Source: an uncultured virus (IMG/VR IMGVR_UViG_3300032323_001173)
Lineage: Duplodnaviria > Heunggongvirae > Uroviricota > Caudoviricetes
DNA length: 34,399 nt
Reading direction: 5' to 3' (one strand)
Virus record (IMG/VR): IMGVR_UViG_3300032323_001173
Shown one piece after another: positions 8,458 through 16,533 of this stretch. The notes beneath the pieces were generated by a model that saw nothing but the letters and a program-made list of their open reading frames with translations, was not told the origin of the DNA and ran no database searches. The number at the start of each line of letters is the position of its first letter. Position 1 is the stretch's first letter. The translations under genes and the position numbers were made by a program.

Positions 8458-8631
8458 ATGCCAACATATGCTTACAAGTGCGGGAATGACCACCGTCATG
8501 AAGAAACCCGCAGTATCTATGACGAACAAAAAGTAATCAACTGTCCAGACTGCGGTGAGCAGTTACGCCCCGTCTACTTCTCTCCAGCGGTCAACCTGGT
8601 CGGTCGTGGCTTTTACTCCAATGGAGGATGA
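8458..8631 (+). CDS. FmdB-family zinc ribbon protein (57 aa)
   Basis: Manually translated: MPTYAYKC..H...CPDCG...GRGFY. Confidence 0.8.
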   Translation: MPTYAYKCGNDHRHEETRSIYDEQKVINCPDCGEQLRPVYFSPAVNLVGRGFYSNGG

Positions 8632-8634
8632 TTT

Positions 8635-8838
8635 ATGACTAAATCGGTTATACTTAAACCCCTTATGACTACCTTTATTATCGCCGCCGCCATTATTCTT
8701 GCTGTCCGTTCTTTTCACCGTCGTCTGATGCGTGCTGTAGACGAACATGGTCACGTTGCCCCTATCCGTGAAGATAAATACCGTGACCACCGTGGTTATC
8801 TGATGCACCAAGACTTCAAAAGGCGCTCCAAGGTCTGA
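8635..8838 (+). CDS. small membrane protein
   Basis: One hydrophobic segment; GGAGG upstream. Confidence 0.55.
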   Translation: MTKSVILKPLMTTFIIAAAIILAVRSFHRRLMRAVDEHGHVAPIREDKYRDHRGYLMHQDFKRRSKV

Positions 8839-8855
8839 TCATCTATAATCGGTAG

Positions 8856-9092
8856 ATGAAGAAACTACTTTTCATCTCCGCCATTATGCTTGCGAGTTGT
8901 GGTTACGACGGGCATTACCGTTATGAGTGCCAAGATCCAGAAAACTGGGAAACTCCTGCATGTCAGCGACCAGCGTGTGAAGTAGACGGAGCATGCCCAG
9001 ACGTATTGCTCGGATTTGACCCAGCCACAGGTGCCCCTACCGCAGATGTTGTAGTTGACACCGTTCCTACCGAGGAGACAGTTGCCCCATGA
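8856..9092 (+). CDS. small Cys-rich lipoprotein
   Basis: MKKLLFISAIMLASC lipobox; four further cysteines. Confidence 0.75.
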   Translation: MKKLLFISAIMLASCGYDGHYRYECQDPENWETPACQRPACEVDGACPDVLLGFDPATGAPTADVVVDTVPTEETVAP

Positions 9093-9370
9093 AACAACGA
9101 CTCACGCCAGCAGAACTAGATGCACGCCTTAAGTTTGTTGTTGGCTGTGTGCTTGCAACCGTGTTGACACTCACCACCGTTGGTGTTATTTACGCACTCG
9201 TATTCGTTACACAGCCAATCGGTGCTCAGGCCGAGAACGACAAGATGTTCTTCAGTGTTCTTTCTTCTATTGCAACATTTATCACTGGTACGTTGGCAGG
9301 TCTGATGATCTCCACAGGACGTAGTTCAGAAGATAAAGACGGTAACGGAATCCCTGACGACGAAGAATAA
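9089..9370 (+). CDS. two-TM membrane protein (holin-like topology)
   Basis: Two hydrophobic helices; acidic DKDGNGIPD tail. Confidence 0.7.
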   Translation: MKQRLTPAELDARLKFVVGCVLATVLTLTTVGVIYALVFVTQPIGAQAENDKMFFSVLSSIATFITGTLAGLMISTGRSSEDKDGNGIPDDEE

Positions 9371-9946
9371 TTAATCTTTATTCTTAAAGCGAAAGGCTAA
9401 CTGCCAATCGTCTTTACCAATCGTATGCCATGTTAACTCTGGGATGTACTTATCTACCCACGAGTCACCTTTAGGCATATCGTTGATGACATTTTCTACG
9501 TCTACGAACTTAAGATCTTTAAGTAACGTTTCTACACGCTTTTCATGAGCGTTCCAATGGTGTGGTGCGTTATCCCACCATGGGTTGTCACCAAGATCTT
9601 CTGGCTTCATGTGCTGGTGTTCTAACACTGCTTCAACCAACCACCATGGCAATCTGCCTTCATGCCACATCTTGATTGATTTATACGCATCAGGACACAC
9701 AATTAACATTGGTGCACCTGGTTTAGCAACACGTGACATGTCTTTAAGGAACGCAGGAACTTCTGCCCACGCAATATGTTCTAATACGTGGCTCATCAGC
9801 ACAGCATCAAATGTATTGTCTTCAAATGGGTATGGTTCACCTGGTTTAAGAAGTACATCGGGACGTGTTTCATGGTTCTGCCATACGTCGGTGTTTACCC
9901 AACCATCGGCATAGTGGGTGCCGCACCCTGCATTTAAGAGTTTCAT
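9371..9946 (-). CDS. class I SAM-dependent methyltransferase
   Basis: LLNAGCG, PFEDNTFDAVLMSHVLEH and RVAKPG motifs. Confidence 0.85.
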   Translation of the reverse strand: MKLLNAGCGTHYADGWVNTDVWQNHETRPDVLLKPGEPYPFEDNTFDAVLMSHVLEHIAWAEVPAFLKDMSRVAKPGAPMLIVCPDAYKSIKMWHEGRLPWWLVEAVLEHQHMKPEDLGDNPWWDNAPHHWNAHEKRVETLLKDLKFVDVENVINDMPKGDSWVDKYIPELTWHTIGKDDWQLAFRFKNKD

Positions 9947-9963
9947 TGATGTAAACTATACAT
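9947..9963. promoter_or_regulatory. bidirectional leaderless promoter
   Basis: TAAACT (+, 9952-9957) and TAGTTT (-, 9953-9958), each 6 nt from a start codon. Confidence 0.55.
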
Positions 9964-10122
9964 GTGATTGTGACCTATCCGATTCATACGCCTGGAATGC
10001 AGGATGCCATTGATCAAGCAATGCGTCTTGCCAAGGCACATGGCTACAAGTCGTCTGTTTTATTAAACATTCGGTCTGTAGGGGTAGGTGCATGGGAAGT
10101 CAAACTCCAAGTCCTCAAGTAA
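9964..10122 (+). CDS. small hypothetical protein (52 aa)
   Basis: Manually translated from GTG: MIVTYPIHTPGMQDAIDQAMRLAKAHG... Confidence 0.6.
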   Translation: MIVTYPIHTPGMQDAIDQAMRLAKAHGYKSSVLLNIRSVGVGAWEVKLQVLK

Positions 10123-10235
10123 CCGACTGTAGCGAACAGTGTGTTCGGTGTGGCGCTCGTATGCGCCCAGAACATGCCCACTACCGTTGCCCTGAGTGCG
10201 GGTCCAGAGACGCCTGCTGTGAAGGGGTATATTAA
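10092..10235 (+). CDS. small zinc-finger protein (47 aa)
   Basis: CVRCG...HAHYRCPECG..DACCEG. Confidence 0.65.
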   Translation: MGSQTPSPQVTDCSEQCVRCGARMRPEHAHYRCPECGSRDACCEGVY

Positions 10236-10293
10236 GTGTTTTCTATTCTATTCTACGAGTACATTGTTAAAAATGTAGTACAATGTATTACCG

Positions 10294-10341
10294 AGACTCA
10301 ACGAAGGCGGGTTGCCTGCGGGCGGCCCGTCTTTCGTGTCT
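10294..10341 (+). promoter_or_regulatory. GC-rich hairpin (terminator or leader structure)
   Basis: GAAGGCGGGTTGCC-TGCG-GGCGGCCCGTCTTT immediately before the AAGGAGG SD. Confidence 0.45.
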
Positions 10342-10351
10342 AAGGAGGGGC

Positions 10352-12157
10352 ATGAAGTTTCGTAAAGGCTTTTGGATCTACTTCCCTGTAGCACTTTTTG
10401 CTTGGATTTCTCCAATAGGTGTATCTAGCGCTAACGCTGATTCGTTTACCACCACGGGCGCAGAAGATTACTTTTTTACTTTAGAAGAGCCACAGTTGTT
10501 TACGGTGCGTACATACGCCCAACAATACCAAATTGACTCAATGCTGTGGTTATACGACTCAAACAATCAAGTTTTAGCCGCAAACGATGACTGGTTTGGG
10601 CTTGATTCATACATTTCAATAAACCTTAATGCTGGTACGTACCGTTTAAGAACAGGTGTTTGTTGTGGTGACCCCAACCGTTGGTACGGTACTTCTTATG
10701 CCATTGATGTAAATATTGCTCCGTCAAATGCACCAACCACAACCACTAGTTCTACAACGACTACCTCAACTACTAGTTCTACAACTACAACTACGACTAC
10801 AACTGTTCCGCCGACTACAACTACAACACTTCCTCCATTGGGAATGCGTAGCCCGACAAACCTTCAGGCTGTTGCGGGACACCAAAGTGTATCTTTGACA
10901 TGGGATGCCCCAGAAGGGGGTTCTGGTTATGCTGAGGTTGAACGCTACGCAATATTCTTTACTTCAAACAACTGGCAGTCATCCTTTGCAATTGCATCTA
11001 ATACAACTTCGGCAACAGTAGGAAACCTAGAAAACGGAACCACTTACCAATTTAGGGTTCGTGCAGATAATGACACATTGCGTGTCTACTCGTCAATGAT
11101 TGAAACCTTCACGGTTTCTGCCACGCCAGTCACAACTACGACGACGATTGCTGATACAACGACTACAACTATCCCAGAGTCATCAACTACAACAACTACA
11201 GTTCCTCAAACTACGACTACAACAACTACTACGACGACAACTACTTCTTCCGTACCCCAAACAACAGTGCCAGAATCAACAACGACCACAACGTCCCCAC
11301 CACAAACTCTGCCACCTACACCTCCTGAAACAGTTCCGCCAGCACCCGTTGAACCTTCCGCTCCTGAAGAGCCTGAACCAGACGAGACAGACACCACAGA
11401 GCCAGCAGTAGAGGAAGCCATGCCAGAAGAGACGCTTCCCGAAGAAACAACCACAACAACTGAACCAAGTCCTGAAACATACCCTGAGACTACAGATGAA
11501 CCAGTTGTGGATACAACGTTAGAGCCAAATTTAGAGCCAAATTTAGAACCATTGACAGAAGAAGAAATAACGGCTGTGGTTGAAGAATTAACCACCATTG
11601 AAGAGATCACGCCAGAGGTCTTGTCTGAAGTTGTGGATGCTTTGAACTCAGACAGCATCACGGAAGAACAAGTGCAAGCCATCGTGGACGCCGTAGTAGA
11701 GAACTTGGACACCCTTACTGAAATAACCCCAGAAGTTCTGGAAGAAGTATTAAACGTCTTGGAATCTGACAGTGTCACTGAGGAACAAGTCCAAGAAATT
11801 GTGGACACTATCTTGGCTACTGATGTAACTAGCGACCAAGCAACCCAACTTGCTACCAGCGCCGCAGTTCTGGAAAGCATTACAGGTGACCAAGCAACGG
11901 AAGTGTTTGCTTCTATTGATACTGGAGAACTCACAGGGGCAGAAGCCGCCGCCATTGTTGAAGCACTTTTGGAAGCACCAACCGAAGTAAAGGAAGCCTT
12001 TGAAGAAGAGATTAACGTCTTTGAAGGTGGTTTTGACGAGTACGTGCCGACGGACTCAACGATTTCCGTGGGTGCTCGTCGTGTTGTGGTAGCCGCCACT
12101 ACGGTATCATTTATATTGCCTGCACCAGTCGTCTCTAGACGTCAATCAATAGTTTAA
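10352..12157 (+). CDS. exported Thr-rich protein with PPC-like and fibronectin type III domains and an acidic repeat stalk
   Basis: Start reassigned (AAGGAGG SD, signal peptide ending ANA); PTNL...VSLTWDAP...LENGTTYQFRVRA; poly-Thr linkers; hydrophobic C-terminus. Confidence 0.8.
   Translation: MKFRKGFWIYFPVALFAWISPIGVSSANADSFTTTGAEDYFFTLEEPQLFTVRTYAQQYQIDSMLWLYDSNNQVLAANDDWFGLDSYISINLNAGTYRLRTGVCCGDPNRWYGTSYAIDVNIAPSNAPTTTTSSTTTTSTTSSTTTTTTTTVPPTTTTTLPPLGMRSPTNLQAVAGHQSVSLTWDAPEGGSGYAEVERYAIFFTSNNWQSSFAIASNTTSATVGNLENGTTYQFRVRADNDTLRVYSSMIETFTVSATPVTTTTTIADTTTTTIPESSTTTTTVPQTTTTTTTTTTTTSSVPQTTVPESTTTTTSPPQTLPPTPPETVPPAPVEPSAPEEPEPDETDTTEPAVEEAMPEETLPEETTTTTEPSPETYPETTDEPVVDTTLEPNLEPNLEPLTEEEITAVVEELTTIEEITPEVLSEVVDALNSDSITEEQVQAIVDAVVENLDTLTEITPEVLEEVLNVLESDSVTEEQVQEIVDTILATDVTSDQATQLATSAAVLESITGDQATEVFASIDTGELTGAEAAAIVEALLEAPTEVKEAFEEEINVFEGGFDEYVPTDSTISVGARRVVVAATTVSFILPAPVVSRRQSIV
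11519..11551 (+). repeat. 12-bp tandem repeat TTAGAGCCAAAT x2.75 (LEPN)
   Basis: Direct reading. Confidence 0.8.
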
Positions 12158-12178
12158 ATCTTACGCTTTAGGAGCAAC

Positions 12179-12352
12179 GTGAAGAAACTTATTGATGAAT
12201 TGCATGGCCTAGCCTGGACTCTGGGAGGTACTGGCATGGTCCTAATTACCCTCAGTGGGCAGACGCTGAAATGGGGTATTTGGATTACCATAGCGTCCCT
12301 CTTTGTGCACCTTGCTGGCGCTCTTCTAAAAGGTGACGACTCCGTAGAGTAA
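12179..12352 (+). CDS. small two-TM membrane protein (57 aa)
   Basis: Manually translated from GTG with AGGAG SD. Confidence 0.7.
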   Translation: MKKLIDELHGLAWTLGGTGMVLITLSGQTLKWGIWITIASLFVHLAGALLKGDDSVE

Positions 12353-12361
12353 ACTTAGAAC

Positions 12362-13078
12362 ATGACCCATTCAGCCCACACAGTCAATTACAGTATTACC
12401 CGTGGGCTGGATTGGAAACGCCTAATTATCGTTAAGGATCGTCGCACCCATAAACAGGTCAAGCCGACTGATGCTCGGGCATTTCTTAAAACTGGTCCAC
12501 TTGCTAAGAAAGAAATCACTATTGATTTAACTAGTGAAAATGGCATCATGCTTTGCCTGAGTAGTGAAGAAACCCAAGATTTGCCATTAGGTGAACTGGA
12601 ATACGACGTCCTAGCCACTATCAACGATATTCAGCGTCCTGTGGCACGGGGTACAATCGTTGTATCGGCTCTTGACACAATTACTCCATGGGAGGAATCA
12701 CAAGCAATGGAAATCCGCTTCAAGCAACGTGTGGACTACCGTCGCACCTTTACATGGAAAGACGCCGATGGAGAGATCCTTGCCGTCAAGAATGCTTATA
12801 TGCAAGCAAAGAGCGACGCAGGAGTCACGGTTTTGGACTTGCGTTGGTACGCAACCGTACCTTCAGAATCAACCATTGCGGCACTAGCAGGAGAACGCCG
12901 TGGTTACCTTGCCCCAGCAACTGGTGCCACGTTAGAGATGCATGTTTCAGACAAAAACACAGTACCAGCAGGTACTTATAACTTTGATTTATTTGTTCAA
13001 GATTCCGCTGACGATTGGGATTGCTTGGCGTCAGGTGTAGTTGTCGTGGAAGCCGCCATTTCTGCACCTCCAGCATGA
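12362..13078 (+). CDS. putative virion adaptor/baseplate-like beta protein (two similar domains)
   Basis: Repeated T..LP.G...YD / TVPAGTYNFDL...G.V.V pattern; heads the tail fibre cluster. Confidence 0.55.
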   Translation: MTHSAHTVNYSITRGLDWKRLIIVKDRRTHKQVKPTDARAFLKTGPLAKKEITIDLTSENGIMLCLSSEETQDLPLGELEYDVLATINDIQRPVARGTIVVSALDTITPWEESQAMEIRFKQRVDYRRTFTWKDADGEILAVKNAYMQAKSDAGVTVLDLRWYATVPSESTIAALAGERRGYLAPATGATLEMHVSDKNTVPAGTYNFDLFVQDSADDWDCLASGVVVVEAAISAPPA

Positions 13079-13482
13079 GCAATAACAACTGCACCACAGT
13101 AACTGTAAACAAAAAATATAAGACAGTTACGGTCAATAAGCCGACCTCCAACGTCCTTGAAGTCCATGATGCTGGTGTCGCTGGGCCTCCAAACACCTTA
13201 ACTATTGGAACGGTTACTATTGGAGAACCTAGTGCCAGTATTACTGGTATTGCTCCAAACCAAGTTTTAAACCTTGTTTATCCAGCCGCTACCCGACATG
13301 TCCACACACAAGGAACTGCGGTTACAACATGGACTATCAACCATTCACTAGGTGGGTACCCGTCAGTGATGGTCGTTGACAGCGCCAAAACGGTGGTTTA
13401 TGGGGAGATTAACTACGTGTCTACCTCACAAGTTGTAGTAAACTTTTCATCAGCGTTCTCAGGCTATGCCTACCTCACGTAA
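13075..13482 (+). CDS. tail fibre-associated protein
   Basis: ATGA overlap start; GPPNTLTIGTV and TWTINHSLG..PSV modules. Confidence 0.6.
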   Translation: MSNNNCTTVTVNKKYKTVTVNKPTSNVLEVHDAGVAGPPNTLTIGTVTIGEPSASITGIAPNQVLNLVYPAATRHVHTQGTAVTTWTINHSLGGYPSVMVVDSAKTVVYGEINYVSTSQVVVNFSSAFSGYAYLT

Positions 13483-13491
13483 GGAATCTTA

Positions 13492-14793
13492 ATGGCTCAA
13501 AAGTTTCTAACTAATATTGACCTTAATCAGAATCAACTGCTTAATGGTACGTTTGAAGTAGTAGGCACCGACCCTAACACCAACCTATTTGATGGTCGGA
13601 TGATCTTTAATAGCACTGAAGGTGTAATTAAAGTTTATGACGTAACTGCTTCAGCATGGCGAAAGATGATCACGGGGGTTACCTCGGCTGGATCACAGTC
13701 CAACGCCCTTACAATTAACGAATCCAATGGCGCTATTACCATTACGGCAAACCTTGCTACCTCGGCAAGTGCAGGTCTTCTCTCCGCTTCAGACTTCTCA
13801 AAGTTGGCAGACGCTACCTCAGAAGCAACCGCAAGCAAACTGGTCATTCGTGACTCTAACGGTCAAGCCAAGTTTGGTACCCCTACTGATGACGCACATG
13901 CCGCAACTAAGGGTTATGTAGACGCCGCCCGTTCAGGTCTTGACGTTAAGCAGTCGGTACGTGCCGCAACTACTGCGCCAGTCAACCTTGCTAACCAACT
14001 TGAGGCTGGAGACACTCTTGACACCAACGTAACACTTGTTGCGGGTGACCGTGTTCTCGTTAAGGACCAAAGCACCGCATCTGAGAACGGTATCTACGTT
14101 GTTCAGGCAACAGGTGCCGCTGTTCGTGCAACTGACTTTGACTCTAACGCAGAAGTAACCCCAGGTGCCTTTACCTTTGTTGAAGAAGGAACACTCAACG
14201 CAGACAGCGGTTGGGTGCTCACCACTAACGGAACCATCAACGTAGGTGTAACGGGTCTAACATGGGCTTTGTTCTCGGTTGCTGGAACCATTCTTGCTGG
14301 TGATGGTCTTACTAAAACTGGAAACACCCTTAACGTTATTGGCACCACTGATCGTATTTCGGTTAGTTCAGATGCTGTAGACATTTCTGCCAACTATGTT
14401 GGTCAGTCCAGCATCACCACCTTGGGTACGATCACCACGGGTGTATGGAACGGAACTGATGTTGCTGTAACGGCTGGCGGTACTGGCGCATCAACTGAGT
14501 CGGATGCACGCACTAACTTGGCTTCAGCATCAGCAGAAGCCTCTGGTCGCACCACTAGCACCCCTACCCTTTCCCGCACTGCCAAGCAGGCATGCTCCGC
14601 AAGCAGTAGCGGTACCTCAACAACGGTTGTAACCCACAACTTTAATACAAGTGATGTCACTGTACAGATTTACGAAGTGTCTTCAGGAAACACCGTAATT
14701 GGTGATACTGTTCGCACCAACAGCAACACGGTAACCGTCACGATGTACGGAACCATTACTGCTGGTGACTACGTAATCGTAGTACAAGGCTAA
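13492..14793 (+). CDS. tail fibre protein
   Basis: AATKGYVD, KQSVRAATT, GDRVLVKDQ...ENGIY; G/T/A/S-rich. Confidence 0.75.
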   Translation: MAQKFLTNIDLNQNQLLNGTFEVVGTDPNTNLFDGRMIFNSTEGVIKVYDVTASAWRKMITGVTSAGSQSNALTINESNGAITITANLATSASAGLLSASDFSKLADATSEATASKLVIRDSNGQAKFGTPTDDAHAATKGYVDAARSGLDVKQSVRAATTAPVNLANQLEAGDTLDTNVTLVAGDRVLVKDQSTASENGIYVVQATGAAVRATDFDSNAEVTPGAFTFVEEGTLNADSGWVLTTNGTINVGVTGLTWALFSVAGTILAGDGLTKTGNTLNVIGTTDRISVSSDAVDISANYVGQSSITTLGTITTGVWNGTDVAVTAGGTGASTESDARTNLASASAEASGRTTSTPTLSRTAKQACSASSSGTSTTVVTHNFNTSDVTVQIYEVSSGNTVIGDTVRTNSNTVTVTMYGTITAGDYVIVVQG

Positions 14794-14841
14794 TTATTAA
14801 ATAGACCTTGAGGGGTCACAACATAGAAAGCGATTGAGGTC

Positions 14842-16533
14842 GTGGCACAGAAATTCACAGTACCTATTACTGTTAAGCAGTTAACGTCTGCTAGTTCTGA
14901 CGCCGTAACCGTCTATGTTGATCAAGACACCTATGCCCGCTTAAAACTTGAAGCAGGCGGGCGCCTTGTCTGGGGTGACGGCTCAAACTCTGGCGATACT
15001 GTTCTATATCGTGATTCTGCCAATGTCCTTAAGACAGACGACACCTTTAAAGCACCTGTTTTATTTGTAGACAGCATTGAGATTGACACTACTGGTGCAA
15101 CATCAGGGCAAGTACTCAAATTTGACGGCACTAAATTTGCCCCAGGGGTTGCCAGCACTGTTGGTTCTATTGATGACCTCTCAGATGTTGTAATTACCGC
15201 CGCCGTTGATGGTCAAATTCTTGTATTTAATGGTACTAACTGGGTTAACACTGTTCTCCCAACAAATGAACCGATGGGTCACCAAGATAAATCAGAAAGT
15301 ACAATTTCTTTTAATGAGAGTACACGCACGTTCTCTATCGCTCCAGTTTCTACGTCATACACCGTATGGTGTGCTGGAAAGCGCTTTGTAAAAACAACCA
15401 CTTCAACGGTTACTATTCCAGACACTTCTGGTCTTTACTACATTTATTTTAACTCTTCAGGTGCTCTGGCGTACAAGACAACATATTTCACTTGGGATAC
15501 TGATACCCCAACTGCCTATATCTACTGGAACGAAGTAGACAACAAGGCATATTTCTTTGCTGACGAACGCCACGGCATAACGCTTGACTGGGCCACACAT
15601 GAGTATCTACATAGAACTCGTGGTGCTGTCATTGCAAACGGTTTTGGCGTATCAAACTACTCAATTGTGGGTAACGGCTCATCTGACGCTCATGCCAAGT
15701 TTGACCTTGCTGGTGGAACCTTCTTTGACGAAGATCTTCAGGTTGACATTGTCCATTCAAATACTCCTACAGCAAATACGTGGCAACAGGTGCTTGAAGG
15801 TAACGCTGAGATTCCAGTTTTCTATAAATTTAACTCACATTGGACTAAAGATACAGCAACAGAGTTTGCATTTAAACAAGGTACTTCTCGCCCAAGATAT
15901 AACTCGTACAGCGCACCAAACTGGTCAACGGTAGACATTGATAACAATAAGTTTGCTATCTCTTGGATTATTGCCACGAACAACCTGAATGAGCCAGTCA
16001 TTGCAATCATGGGGCAGGCTTCATACAACACCATTGGCAAAGCAGAAGCGGCTATTTGGGAAGACCTTAACCTTGACGGATTCCCGATCTTTGAATTCCG
16101 CCCATTGCATAAGGTTGTATTCCAAGGAACCGATTCATTCACTAACTCTGTAAATGCTGCTATTCGTGGTATTTACGACTTACGCCGTGTCTCTTCTGGC
16201 GGTGATGCAATCCCTTCAACACCTGTTTCTGACCACGGGTCATTGACTGGTCTTGCAGATGATGACCATACCCAGTACTTAACTGATACTCGCCATAACG
16301 CCCTTGACCACTCAACAGCAATGGGAACAGTGGTACTGGATGACATTAGCAACGTAGCGGTCCCATCCCCAGCAGTTGGTGACGTACTACAATGGAATGG
16401 CACATCTTGGGTAAATGCGGCTGGTAGTACTGCGGGTGACCTTGATGGTGGGAATGGCAGTCTTCCAATAATTTATGAAGCAGAATTAACTAACGCTATT
16501 ACAACGACGTACGACGGAGGCTTATTAGTATGA
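14842..16533 (+). CDS. tail fibre / minor tail protein
   Basis: IDDLSDV...GQILVFNGTNWVN repeats; DHGSLTGLADDDHTQY. Confidence 0.7.
   Translation: MAQKFTVPITVKQLTSASSDAVTVYVDQDTYARLKLEAGGRLVWGDGSNSGDTVLYRDSANVLKTDDTFKAPVLFVDSIEIDTTGATSGQVLKFDGTKFAPGVASTVGSIDDLSDVVITAAVDGQILVFNGTNWVNTVLPTNEPMGHQDKSESTISFNESTRTFSIAPVSTSYTVWCAGKRFVKTTTSTVTIPDTSGLYYIYFNSSGALAYKTTYFTWDTDTPTAYIYWNEVDNKAYFFADERHGITLDWATHEYLHRTRGAVIANGFGVSNYSIVGNGSSDAHAKFDLAGGTFFDEDLQVDIVHSNTPTANTWQQVLEGNAEIPVFYKFNSHWTKDTATEFAFKQGTSRPRYNSYSAPNWSTVDIDNNKFAISWIIATNNLNEPVIAIMGQASYNTIGKAEAAIWEDLNLDGFPIFEFRPLHKVVFQGTDSFTNSVNAAIRGIYDLRRVSSGGDAIPSTPVSDHGSLTGLADDDHTQYLTDTRHNALDHSTAMGTVVLDDISNVAVPSPAVGDVLQWNGTSWVNAAGSTAGDLDGGNGSLPIIYEAELTNAITTTYDGGLLV

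Noticed and set aside
10283..10351. Upstream start for the Thr-rich protein
   Set aside because: ATG at 10352 has a strong SD and begins the signal peptide; the extension spans a hairpin
11206..12099. 297-aa minus-strand ORF
   Set aside because: Antisense shadow of the low-complexity Thr/Glu-rich gene
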